From Thermoanaerobaculia bacterium (GTDB lineage: Bacteria; Acidobacteriota; Thermoanaerobaculia; Multivoradales; UBA5704): a stretch of DNA of 64,000 nucleotides. This document shows positions 11,904 through 20,161 of this stretch, piece by piece (the stretch's first letter is position 1; every line of letters begins with the position of its first letter). A program made the translations under genes and the position numbers. Location: contig JBGAGQ010000007.1 of assembly GCA_044226625.1 (NCBI GenBank), positions 32,001 to 96,000 on the forward strand. Reading direction: 5' to 3'. The notes below the pieces were generated by a model that did no database searches, was not told the DNA's origin, and saw only the letters and a program-made list of their open reading frames with translations.

Positions 11904-13256
11904 TTACCGCGCCCCGCGCTCGATCGCCACAACCGACTGGGCGGCTTCCCGCAGCAACACGACGGTCGCCCGGTCCTGCCGCGCCGCCTGTTCCAGCAGC
12001 AAAAGCGCGGCGAGTGCCTCGCGAGCGATGCCTCGACTGGTGAACTGCAAGAGGATCTCCTCGACCGCGCCGCGAACCTCTTCGGTGCGGCCGGTGTGGA
12101 GCCAAACCTGGCACAGGTCGAGGGCCGCGAGGGCGGCGAGGAAGGGCAGGTCCATCTCCTCGAACTGCCTGCGCGCTTTGCGCAGGGTCGACTCCGCCTT
12201 GTGAAAGCGGCCGAGACCGAGATCTATCCGGCCGGAGAGCCAGTGTAAGCGGACGCGATCTTCGGATTGGACGTGCCGCTCGATGAGAGGGGCCAGCGGA
12301 ACAAAGAATCGTTCGGCCGGGCCGTACTGGCCTGAATCGGTCAGGGCGACAAGAACGTTGTACAACGCAGTCGCCCAGAGAACAGGTTCGCGTGACGGAT
12401 CGAACTGATCGAGCGCGCGGCAAAACTGGCGAATCGCCTCCGTCTTGAGACCGCGCTCGTTCAGGAAGCGCCCGAGGTTCATGCAGGCTCGGCTCGCAGC
12501 TGGAAAATCACCGGCCGTGCGATATAGCCGTTCCGCGAGAGAGATCTGTCGTTCGGCTTCATCAAATCGCTTGATGTCAAACCATAGCGAACTCGAGAGA
12601 TCGAGAAGCTCACCGAGAAGGAAAGGCGCACCCGTCCCGCGTTGGGCACCGGCCATCGCCGCATCGAATGCTTGCTCGGCCCGGGCGAATTCACCACGCC
12701 GCCGATGAGCGTTGGCTCTTTCGGCCCAGGCCCGGGCCAAATGGTCCGCTTGTTCTCTCGACTCTCGAGATTTTGGCAGCACCTGCGCCGCCTGGAGTGC
12801 CCAGCCGGCGGCGATCTCGTAGTCGCCGGGATCGGCCCGGCGGAGCGAGCGGGCGCGATCCAGGAGCGCAACGGCACGGGCCAAGGCAATCGCCGGGTGG
12901 GCATTCGCGACGGACCGCTCGCTCACGAGAAGCGGCTCGATCGCCAGCAGCGCTTTCTTCCGTGCGGCATCGAGACTACCCGCGAACTTGCCGGCTTTGC
13001 GCAACACGAAGTCGTAGTCTGGCTTGGGGCCGCGCCGGGCGAAATTCGGCGGCAGGCCCGGGTCGGCGTCGTGCCAGCCGCGCAGCTTCGCGCGACAAGG
13101 CTCGCAGCCTGCCAGCACGTGGCGCAGAATCTCACTACGCTCCGCGGCGCTTACCCGGGCAAGAAAGAACGCCTGGAGCCGTGCGGTCTTCGGATGGCGC
13201 GGCGGCCGCGGGGAGCGCTTGAACATGGACCCTTTCCTTTGCAGGATGTCCGTCAT
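11904..13256 (-). CDS. TPR protein with N-terminal anti-sigma-like zinc-binding motif
   Basis: HPxxxxL...RHVLAGCEPC (H-x4-C-x2-C), followed by TPR-like helices (AWAERANAHRRRGEFARAEQAF, ACMNLGRFLNERG). Confidence 0.75.
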   Translation of the reverse strand: MTDILQRKGSMFKRSPRPPRHPKTARLQAFFLARVSAAERSEILRHVLAGCEPCRAKLRGWHDADPGLPPNFARRGPKPDYDFVLRKAGKFAGSLDAARKKALLAIEPLLVSERSVANAHPAIALARAVALLDRARSLRRADPGDYEIAAGWALQAAQVLPKSRESREQADHLARAWAERANAHRRRGEFARAEQAFDAAMAGAQRGTGAPFLLGELLDLSSSLWFDIKRFDEAERQISLAERLYRTAGDFPAASRACMNLGRFLNERGLKTEAIRQFCRALDQFDPSREPVLWATALYNVLVALTDSGQYGPAERFFVPLAPLIERHVQSEDRVRLHWLSGRIDLGLGRFHKAESTLRKARRQFEEMDLPFLAALAALDLCQVWLHTGRTEEVRGAVEEILLQFTSRGIAREALAALLLLEQAARQDRATVVLLREAAQSVVAIERGAR

Positions 13257-13719
13257 TTCGCGAGGCGACTAAATTGTCGCACAGGCGCAGCGGGCTATGG
13301 AAGCTAGAAATTCTTTTCGGATTTCCTGACGGCTCCATTTCTCTCCACTGAAGCTCACCGATCGCGCTCAATGCCACTTAGAGAGTCTCCGACACCGCCT
13401 TTAGATTTTGTCCGATAACCATGGAATTTGCCCGTGTATCCAAAAATAGCGGACATAAGACGAAGAAAAGGAATCTGAGAAGACTATTCGCCTCGCCACG
13501 CACCAAATACTGGACGTTGCCGATAAAATCCATTAAGTTCTCGGAATCGACAACGCCGCGCGCCCACCTGGAGGATACGCGCGCCATCCGAGCAGCCAAA
13601 CCGGTGCCCTCTCTGGCATGCTCGCCGTTGTGAATGCAACCCGCTTCGGCGCGTTGCCCCCGCGGGCGCGGGGGCCCTGCCGGCCCTTCCAGCGATCCAC
13701 GGGCTCGGAGGAATCATCC

Positions 13720-14043
13720 ATGGCTCATCCTCGCTTCCCGCGTGTTCTCTTCCCCCTTACCCTGGTTGTCGGATTCGCCATCTTCGCCCCAGTCCGCTCC
13801 TATGCTGCCGCCGGCAGTTTCGAGTTTGTCTGGGAACGACTGTCCGATCTCCTCTGGGGCAGGGCAGCTGGAGACGCACGAATCGGCATGGACTCATGCG
13901 GAAGGCCGGCGCCAAGTGGTCTAACGGCTGGAGGGGCGAAGGGCCTGTTTGCGAACAATGGCATCTCTATGGATCCGAACGGCAGGCCCGAGCCGAATGG
14001 TGTCACGGGGGGCGGTAGCGCAGCGCCGCTGCAGGACAACTGA
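13720..14043 (+). CDS. Small secreted peptide precursor (107 aa) with repeated (I/G)xxMD(S/P)xGRP motifs
   Basis: RBS GGAGGA at 13707. Sec signal MAHPRFPRVLFPLTLVVGFAIFAPVRSYA, amphipathic VWERLSDLLWG, motifs IGMDSCGRP, ISMDPNGRP and a partial EPNG. Confidence 0.7.
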   Translation: MAHPRFPRVLFPLTLVVGFAIFAPVRSYAAAGSFEFVWERLSDLLWGRAAGDARIGMDSCGRPAPSGLTAGGAKGLFANNGISMDPNGRPEPNGVTGGGSAAPLQDN

Positions 14044-14086
14044 CTAGGATGGATCCGGAGGGACCCTCGATATTGAAAGATGGCTT

Positions 14087-14130
14087 GCCCCGGCAGGCTT
14101 AGGAAGACTGCCGGGGCGGATTGTTTCTTT
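14087..14130 (+). terminator. Rho-independent terminator after peptide gene
   Basis: Stem GCCCCGGCAG (14087-14096) / CTGCCGGGGC (14108-14117), then a T-rich tract. Confidence 0.65.
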
Positions 14131-14224
14131 ATCCGCAGCGATAGAAGGCGACGCGTACTCTCGGCTTGTCCCCCGCTGCGCCGCCGGGCAGCGCACCGAG
14201 CCCGTTACTGAACGCTTACGGGTC

Positions 14225-15520
14225 TTAAGGTCGCCGTGTGACGCCTTCACCATGCAGTTGAGGGTGCTTCAGGAAGATCCGCTGGTCTTCGTCGATGATC
14301 ATGAGCGCGCGATCCGGCTCGATCCGGAAGCTCTTTTCCGGGAGATCGACGTTCACTCCGAGCTCCTGCACCGTGTAGTGGAGCTCGCCGAGCGATTCGC
14401 CGTTCTCTCCCAAGCCCGCGAGCACGATGTGCCAAGGGAACGCGAGAGAGCTTCCCTTCGGCGTCCGGTAGTCGAGCAACTCCATCCGCGTGAAGACTTC
14501 ACCTCCCCGATGGACCAGCTCGATCCGATGAACCTGGCTTGTTTGCCCGTCGATCCCTATGCGGAAAAAATAGGCTTCACCGCCCAGAATACCCCCCGGT
14601 AGCTCGATCACGAGACCTTCTTTCGTCCTACGTTCCGTCGCGGCTCCAACGCGAGCCTGCCAGCGCGCCGGATCCAGGATGGACTCTCGGGTCGGGATAC
14701 AAGGCGAGCAGTCGTCGTCTCCCCAGCCAAGAAATCCAGCGGGCAGGAACAAAGGGTTCGGGAAGGGGAAGGGCGCGGCCCCTTTCGGCCGCCGCGAAAG
14801 GTGGAGGCGCTTCTCCTCGGGATAGAACAACTGGTAAGTCGCTCCGTCGTACGCCGTCTCGATCCCTGGGGCGAGCCCGAAACGGGGGTCGATACTGGCG
14901 CTGGCAAAGATCCGATCGCCTTGCTCCGCATAGGCGAACATCCCCTCGCTGCTGCGATCCGTACGCCAAGCCCAGACGGTCGCCCGGAAACGAACCGACC
15001 GCAGGTTCTCGTAGAAGTCGACCAGAGCGCGAAGCGCCCCTTCCGCTCGCGGCGCGATCTCGCGCGATCCACCCGTCGGGACATAGGTCGACCGCGGGGA
15101 AACCGGCGGGATCGAGGGCCGGCTCCAAGCGGCAAGCTGGTCCGGATCGACCGGCCTGAGCATTTGGTTCAACACCTCGGGTGAGGTATCGCACGGCATT
15201 CCGGCCCCGCATTCACGACATCCGCCGCCTCCCTCCGCGGCACCACAAACGGAAGTCGAGAGAGGATTGCCACAAGGACATCGAGCCGGGATCATCCCCA
15301 AGAGGAAGCAACTCTTCGTTCCACAGGCCCCTCCGGCATTCCATCCCTCCCCGGTGTTGGCCACCAAGGTCACCGGAACGAAAGAGGTCGGACTCTTGAT
15401 GCAAGCCGGCTCGAGGGGGGCGCACGTCAGAACATCCGTGTGGCAGGTGAGCTGGGAGGATCCAGCAACCGAGAAGAAGGCGGAGAAGGTCAGGGCGCTG
15501 AAACGAGGAAGGGTTCGCAT
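14225..15520 (-). CDS. Exported protein: Cys-rich N-terminal domain plus putative LolA/RseB-like beta domain
   Basis: RBS AGAGGA, signal peptide, 11 Cys in the first ~90 mature residues, then ETAYDGATYQLFYP and a beta-rich C-terminus ending in NVDLPEKSFRI. Confidence 0.65.
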   Translation of the reverse strand: MRTLPRFSALTFSAFFSVAGSSQLTCHTDVLTCAPLEPACIKSPTSFVPVTLVANTGEGWNAGGACGTKSCFLLGMIPARCPCGNPLSTSVCGAAEGGGGCRECGAGMPCDTSPEVLNQMLRPVDPDQLAAWSRPSIPPVSPRSTYVPTGGSREIAPRAEGALRALVDFYENLRSVRFRATVWAWRTDRSSEGMFAYAEQGDRIFASASIDPRFGLAPGIETAYDGATYQLFYPEEKRLHLSRRPKGAAPFPFPNPLFLPAGFLGWGDDDCSPCIPTRESILDPARWQARVGAATERRTKEGLVIELPGGILGGEAYFFRIGIDGQTSQVHRIELVHRGGEVFTRMELLDYRTPKGSSLAFPWHIVLAGLGENGESLGELHYTVQELGVNVDLPEKSFRIEPDRALMIIDEDQRIFLKHPQLHGEGVTRRP

Positions 15521-15896
15521 GTTCGTCCTCTTTTCTACCTTCAGATACCGCGCACAGGCTGTTCCGATCTCGCTCTCCTGTCAACCCCTCGCCGGCCCGC
15601 AGCTCACGCCGCCCTTCGCTGACCGTCTGCGTGACATCTCGCGGTTGAAGCGCTCGCCCACGTCCTGCTGAAGGCAGAATTCGGCACCTGCCGATAAGAG
15701 CGATCCTAAAGCAGTGCTTCTGGATCACGAAGCCAAATCTCATCGCTTGACAGGTGAAATCCATCGCCTTATCGTCTAGCGCCATGAAGCAACGAAAAAT
15801 TGCCTTATGACTACAAGAACTCCCTCGCGGCAACCAACGAGATCCCGCCGCGATGTCCCGATCAGCTCAACCCACCCAACGAGAGGACGACAAGCC

Positions 15897-16241
15897 ATGA
15901 CCGATCCGAGCCCGCTCGAAGCCAGCGACGAATCTCAATCCGTCGCCGCCCCACCGCCTCCGGTCTCCCTCAAGTCGGAGCGCATTCAGCTCGCCCTCCG
16001 CGAGCTGCCCGGATGGGAGTTGACGGCCGACGGCGACGCCATCGAGCGTCTCTACAACTGCACCAGCCTCGAGGCGGCGCTGACCTTCCTTTGTTTCACT
16101 CTGACGACCTCGTTCGATCGGAAGCGCACCGCCCGGGCGACGATCGAAGAAACGAGCGTTCGTCTTCGGCTGTTCACCCCGGCCGCCGGAGGCGTCACCC
16201 AGCCGGATATCGACTTCGCCTATCTGCTCGACCGGCGATGA
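15897..16241 (+). CDS. Pterin-4a-carbinolamine dehydratase (PCD)-like protein lacking catalytic His
   Basis: RBS GAGAGG. LRELPGWEL...IERLY...VRLRLFT...GGVTQPDIDFA matches the PCD pattern, but the HHP motif is replaced by KRTA. Confidence 0.65.
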   Translation: MTDPSPLEASDESQSVAAPPPPVSLKSERIQLALRELPGWELTADGDAIERLYNCTSLEAALTFLCFTLTTSFDRKRTARATIEETSVRLRLFTPAAGGVTQPDIDFAYLLDRR

Positions 16242-16335
16242 GCATCGAGGCCGGAGTCTTGGCGAACGAGGAGAGCGTGCTCCGATCGCCCGGTCGGTGG
16301 ATCGACCGGCGCCTCAGCCATTCTCCAGCGGGCTC

Positions 16336-16755
16336 GAATCGTTTCCCGACGGCTTCTTTCCAACGCCCGACGAGCCGTACCCGGTTCCCGTCGGCCTCTA
16401 CCCAACTCCCAACCGGCCGTACCCGCTTCCCGACGGCAGCTACCCGATTCCCGGCGGGCCCTACCCATGGTCCGACGGCCTCTACCCAATTCCCGACATG
16501 CCGTACCCAGGTCCCGACGACCGCTACCCAGAACCCGACGACCTCTACCCAGTTCCCTACGACTCCTACCCATGGCCCGACGACCTCTACCCAATTCCCA
16601 ACGAGCCGTACCCATGGCCCGACGGCCTCTACCCGATTCCCGACGAGCCGTACCCGGTTCCCATCGGGCTCTACCCGATTCCCGACGGACCGTACCCCGT
16701 TCTTCTCGGGCTCTCCCCGGATCTCGGCGAGCGGTACCCCGGTACCCCACGCCGT
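16336..16755. repeat. Degenerate 21-bp tandem array (~20 units; consensus TACCCRNNNCCCGACGRNCYS)
   Basis: TACCC recurs exactly every 21 bp from 16378 to 16693 (16 units) and again at 16735. Degenerate units flank both ends. No indels. Confidence 0.93.
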
Positions 16756-16823
16756 CGCCCGCTCCTAGCGCGATCTAACCCATCGCGGGGACCGACCCGC
16801 GATCTTTCTTGTAGGAGGTATTC

Positions 16824-17216
16824 ATGGCCACCTTGAACGTCGCAGAACGACTCCGGTCCTGGGAACAGCTGTCGTCACAGCTGGCGCTCCGTCTGACCGA
16901 GGTCCCTCATCTCGAACGGCAGCACACCGAGCTGACCAGCCGCACGGCGCGCATCAAGACTCTTCAGGATAGCCGCCAGCGGCACAAAAGCGCGATGGCC
17001 CAGGATCAGGCGGAGCTCGACCTGGAAATCTTTCACGCCGGCGAGGTCTATTCGGCGCTGGCGGAGGCGCTCCGCGCCTCCTTCGGACGGCGGAACAAAG
17101 ACCTCCTGACGTTCGGGCTCCGTCCCCGACGCGCCTCGGCGAAGGCGCGCGAAGCGAACATCGAAGCCACCAGCACCAACCCACCCGTCCCCCCGGCGCC
17201 GCCGGCCACCACCTGA
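16824..17216 (+). CDS. Small coiled-coil hypothetical protein with C-terminal LLTFGLRPRR motif and Pro-rich tail
   Basis: Strong RBS AGGAGG 5 nt before ATG, heptad-like helical sequence, followed by a GC hairpin. Confidence 0.8.
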   Translation: MATLNVAERLRSWEQLSSQLALRLTEVPHLERQHTELTSRTARIKTLQDSRQRHKSAMAQDQAELDLEIFHAGEVYSALAEALRASFGRRNKDLLTFGLRPRRASAKAREANIEATSTNPPVPPAPPATT

Positions 17217-17226
17217 AGACCCCAGA

Positions 17227-17263
17227 GAGGCGGCTCGAGCCGGGGCCGCCTCCCTCCCCTTTC
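17227..17263 (+). terminator. Hairpin/terminator-like element
   Basis: Stem GAGGCGGCTC/GGGCCGCCTC followed by a pyrimidine tract. Confidence 0.4.
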
Positions 17264-17297
17264 GTGAAGATCGCGCTCGAAGCGCCGGAGAGATCCC

Positions 17298-17882
17298 ATG
17301 AATCCCACCGACTCGAAACGGATGGAAGGAAAAGAGTGGAAGCGACTGAACGCCTTCGCGGAAGGCTTTCTCGCGCTCATCAACCTGCTGGACGAAAGCT
17401 CGCATGCCGACCTTGAGGTCGAGTGGAGCGGACCGTGGGAGGTCCAACGCACCACGAGGCCGCACCCCTGGGGCGTGTCCCGATGGCAGCTTGAGGAGGA
17501 CTCGGCCGACGACGAACAGGCTCCCCGCGAACGTTCGCCGCTCGAATTCGACACATGGGAGCGAGCCTTGCTCGCGGCCGCGGTCCTGCCGATCCATGCC
17601 CGCGATCCGCTGATCGTCGAAGGAGAGAGCGAAGGCCAAGGGGTCGATCTTCTGGCCTACCGGCCGGAAGGAGCGTTCGGCGTCGTCGGCTGGGCGCTCG
17701 AGAGCAATCCGGACCTCCTCCGCGCGTTGCATGTGGCCGAAGGGCTTTCGCGCAATCCGCGCTCGCTGGCGATGGTGCTCGAAGCGGCGGGACCCGGTGG
17801 AATCCGGGCGACAGGACTCTATCTCGCGCGCAGACTTGCAGCGCGCGTCCGTGAAACCCCGGCGCAAGCCAAAAACGATTGA
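17298..17882 (+). CDS. Hypothetical protein (194 aa)
   Basis: RBS GGAG, protein-like composition, helical C-terminus LHVAEGLSRNPRSLAMVLEAAG. Confidence 0.7.
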   Translation: MNPTDSKRMEGKEWKRLNAFAEGFLALINLLDESSHADLEVEWSGPWEVQRTTRPHPWGVSRWQLEEDSADDEQAPRERSPLEFDTWERALLAAAVLPIHARDPLIVEGESEGQGVDLLAYRPEGAFGVVGWALESNPDLLRALHVAEGLSRNPRSLAMVLEAAGPGGIRATGLYLARRLAARVRETPAQAKND

Positions 17883-17908
17883 CGCCCAGAACGGTCACCC
17901 GCTAGGAT
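17879..17908 (+). promoter_or_regulatory. Sigma70 promoter, probably giving a leaderless mRNA
   Basis: TTGACG-N18-TAGGAT. The ATG at 17916 lies 7 nt after the -10 box with no Shine-Dalgarno. Confidence 0.6.
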
Positions 17909-17915
17909 TTTGGCC

Positions 17916-18413
17916 ATGATCGACCCGGAAAAGCGTGCGCTCGCCCTCCTGGACTTCTTGATCTCCACCAACGCGCTGTCGCTGCGAGACGTCGATCACA
18001 AATGCGGCTTCGCGCGCGGCACGACGGGCAATCTGCTGAATCGCCGCACCCGGCTTCGCTTCAACCAGATCTTCCAGATCCTCGAAGCGTGCAACGTCGA
18101 GCCGAAGGCCTTCTTCCTGGGGCTCTTCCCGCCCGAGCCCCCGGCCCGCCAGCCCGGCAGAAAATCAGTTCACCAGGAATTGATGGACGCGGCCGAGCGC
18201 GCCGGCCTGCTACAGGAGGAGCCCGTCTCGCCGCTGGTGCCGATGCTCCCGGCCGACGTATCCATGACCCCGGAAGACCTGGTGAAGATGGTCGAGATCC
18301 GCGTCCTCAAGGCCATCGAACAACAGCGCGAGCTGGACGAGACGAATCCGCCCAAAAAGCGCCCCCGCCGCCGGCCCGCCCCGAGGCGGCGGCGTAAGGC
18401 GGCGGAAGGGTAG
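17916..18413 (+). CDS. XRE-family helix-turn-helix regulator
   Basis: LSLRDVDHKCGFARGTTGNLLNRRTRLRFNQIFQILEACNVEPKAFF is a cro/C1-type HTH; basic C-terminal tail. Confidence 0.75.
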   Translation: MIDPEKRALALLDFLISTNALSLRDVDHKCGFARGTTGNLLNRRTRLRFNQIFQILEACNVEPKAFFLGLFPPEPPARQPGRKSVHQELMDAAERAGLLQEEPVSPLVPMLPADVSMTPEDLVKMVEIRVLKAIEQQRELDETNPPKKRPRRRPAPRRRRKAAEG

Positions 18414-18518
18414 GCCGAGGAAGGTTGGACGCCGGCGGAAACCAGCTCACCTGCAGCAAGTAGCGGCGCTCGCTTGGGCGTGAACGGCGGTCGAGATCTG
18501 ATGGTACCTTGAGAGGCC

Positions 18519-20126
18519 ATGTCGAACGCCGCGCCAGAGCCGAAGGGCCGTAGTTACACAGACCTCCTGGGGGCGATGAACGAACTGCTCGCCATCCTGC
18601 TCAAGGATGGCGACCGAGAGGCGGCGCTCCGCGCCTCGTTCCAGGCGGCCGCCCGAGGCTTCGGTGCGCAAAAGGCGTTGCTGCTGCTCGTCGAGGAGGT
18701 GGAGCCGCTTCGGCTCCGCGCGGTGCACGCTCTCGGCACGCTCACCGCCGAACAGGTGAGCGCCTGCGAGCGGGGCGAGTCGGTCCGCGGCGTGAGCCCC
18801 TCGGTCATCCATCGCGTGATCGCGACGGGGGCGCCCGAACGAATCGAGGATCCCCGCCTCCTTTCCGACGCCGGCCGGACTCCTTCGCTCGCCGGAGATC
18901 AGTTCAGCGTCCTGTGCGCGCCGATTCGGGATCCGCTGCGTGGCATCGTCCTCGCGGTGGTCTACTTTCAGAACGGCAGCCCGATCGAGGCATACCAAGA
19001 GGCCGACCTTTCGTGGCTCGACCGGTACACATCCGCTGTGGGGCAGGTCTTCGGCTTCTATTTCCGCAAGGAGCGCCAGGAGCGCGAGCTTCGCGACCTC
19101 CTCGCCGTCGCCGAAGCTCCGGACGACGCCCCAGAGATCCTCGGCGATTCGGCTCACACCCGAGCGCTCCGGCGCATGCTCCACGAGATCTACATCCCAT
19201 CGCTCGATGCCGAAAATCCGGAGCCGATCTTGATCCTCGGCGAGCGGGGCACGGGCAAGGACCTGATCGCCCGCTACCTCCACGCGTTCAGCTCTCGCCG
19301 GAAGCGCCCGATGGTGGTCGTCAATTGCGCAGAGATCACGGACGACCTCGCGGCCTCCCGCTTCTTCGGTCATAAGCGAGGCTCGTTCACGGGGGCGCTC
19401 TCGGACGAGCCCGGATTCTTCCGCGCCGCTCACGGCGGCGTGCTCTTCCTCGACGAGGTGGCAGAGCTCTCCCTCCGCGCCCAGGCCCACCTGCTCCGGG
19501 TGCTCGAAAACCACACCATCGTCCCGGTCGGCCAAACGCGCGAACATCCGGTGGACGTCGCGGTCGTCCTCGCGACCAACCGGGATCTCGACGAGGCCGT
19601 TCGCGACGGCGCCCTGCGGGCGGACTTCCACGATCGCTTCCGCGCGCTCACCATTCGGATCCTCCCTTTGCGCGAACGGCCGTGGGACGTGCCCCTCCTG
19701 CTGGAACATTTCCGCCGCCGCCACGAACGCAAGCATCGCAAGCCGACCCTCGGCTTCAGCGAGGAGGCCCTGCGCGCCCTGGTCTCCTACGCCTGGCCCG
19801 GCAACGTCCGCGAGCTCGACCGCTCCTGCTCGCTGCTCTTGATCCACGCCCGCGCAGGGGAGCGCATCGACGTCGCGCTCCTCGAACGCTGCCTGCCAGA
19901 GATCCTGCGCGCAGAGCCCAACCCCCGGTCCGGCCCGCTGCTCTGGGACGGCGTCTCGATGAGAGACGCCGTCCGCGCCTTCGAACGCGAGCTGATCCTC
20001 GCCCGCCTCGAACGCCACGGCGGAAGTGCAAAGGCCGCCCGGGAGAGCCTGGGGCTCACCAAGACGACCTTCCACCGGCAGGTCAAGGCGCTGGGAATTT
20101 CCAGAGCCCAGGATGAATCGAACTGA
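18519..20126 (+). CDS. Sigma54-dependent activator (GAF-AAA+-Fis HTH)
   Basis: N-terminal GAF (SVLCAPIRDP), Walker A GERGTGKD, GSFTGA loop, Walker B LFLDEV, WPGNVREL, C-terminal HTH. Confidence 0.92.
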   Translation: MSNAAPEPKGRSYTDLLGAMNELLAILLKDGDREAALRASFQAAARGFGAQKALLLLVEEVEPLRLRAVHALGTLTAEQVSACERGESVRGVSPSVIHRVIATGAPERIEDPRLLSDAGRTPSLAGDQFSVLCAPIRDPLRGIVLAVVYFQNGSPIEAYQEADLSWLDRYTSAVGQVFGFYFRKERQERELRDLLAVAEAPDDAPEILGDSAHTRALRRMLHEIYIPSLDAENPEPILILGERGTGKDLIARYLHAFSSRRKRPMVVVNCAEITDDLAASRFFGHKRGSFTGALSDEPGFFRAAHGGVLFLDEVAELSLRAQAHLLRVLENHTIVPVGQTREHPVDVAVVLATNRDLDEAVRDGALRADFHDRFRALTIRILPLRERPWDVPLLLEHFRRRHERKHRKPTLGFSEEALRALVSYAWPGNVRELDRSCSLLLIHARAGERIDVALLERCLPEILRAEPNPRSGPLLWDGVSMRDAVRAFERELILARLERHGGSAKAARESLGLTKTTFHRQVKALGISRAQDESN

Positions 20127-20161
20127 GGACGGGTCGAAGAGTTCGTGGGCCGTTCTATTTT

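Noticed and set aside
13594-13628. Sigma54 promoters in the TPR/peptide intergenic region
   Set aside because: TGGCATGCTCGCCGT lacks the -12 GC, and the minus-strand GGGCACCGGTTTGGC is a weak match.
16336-16755. CRISPR interpretation of the 21-bp array
   Set aside because: No constant repeat with unique 25-45 nt spacers, variable parts are only a few nt, and there are no cas genes in the window.
16297-16836. Homology of YPxPDxx heptads to the RNA polymerase II CTD (YSPTSPS)
   Set aside because: Only the heptad length and Y/P content match, and the coding frame itself is unproven.
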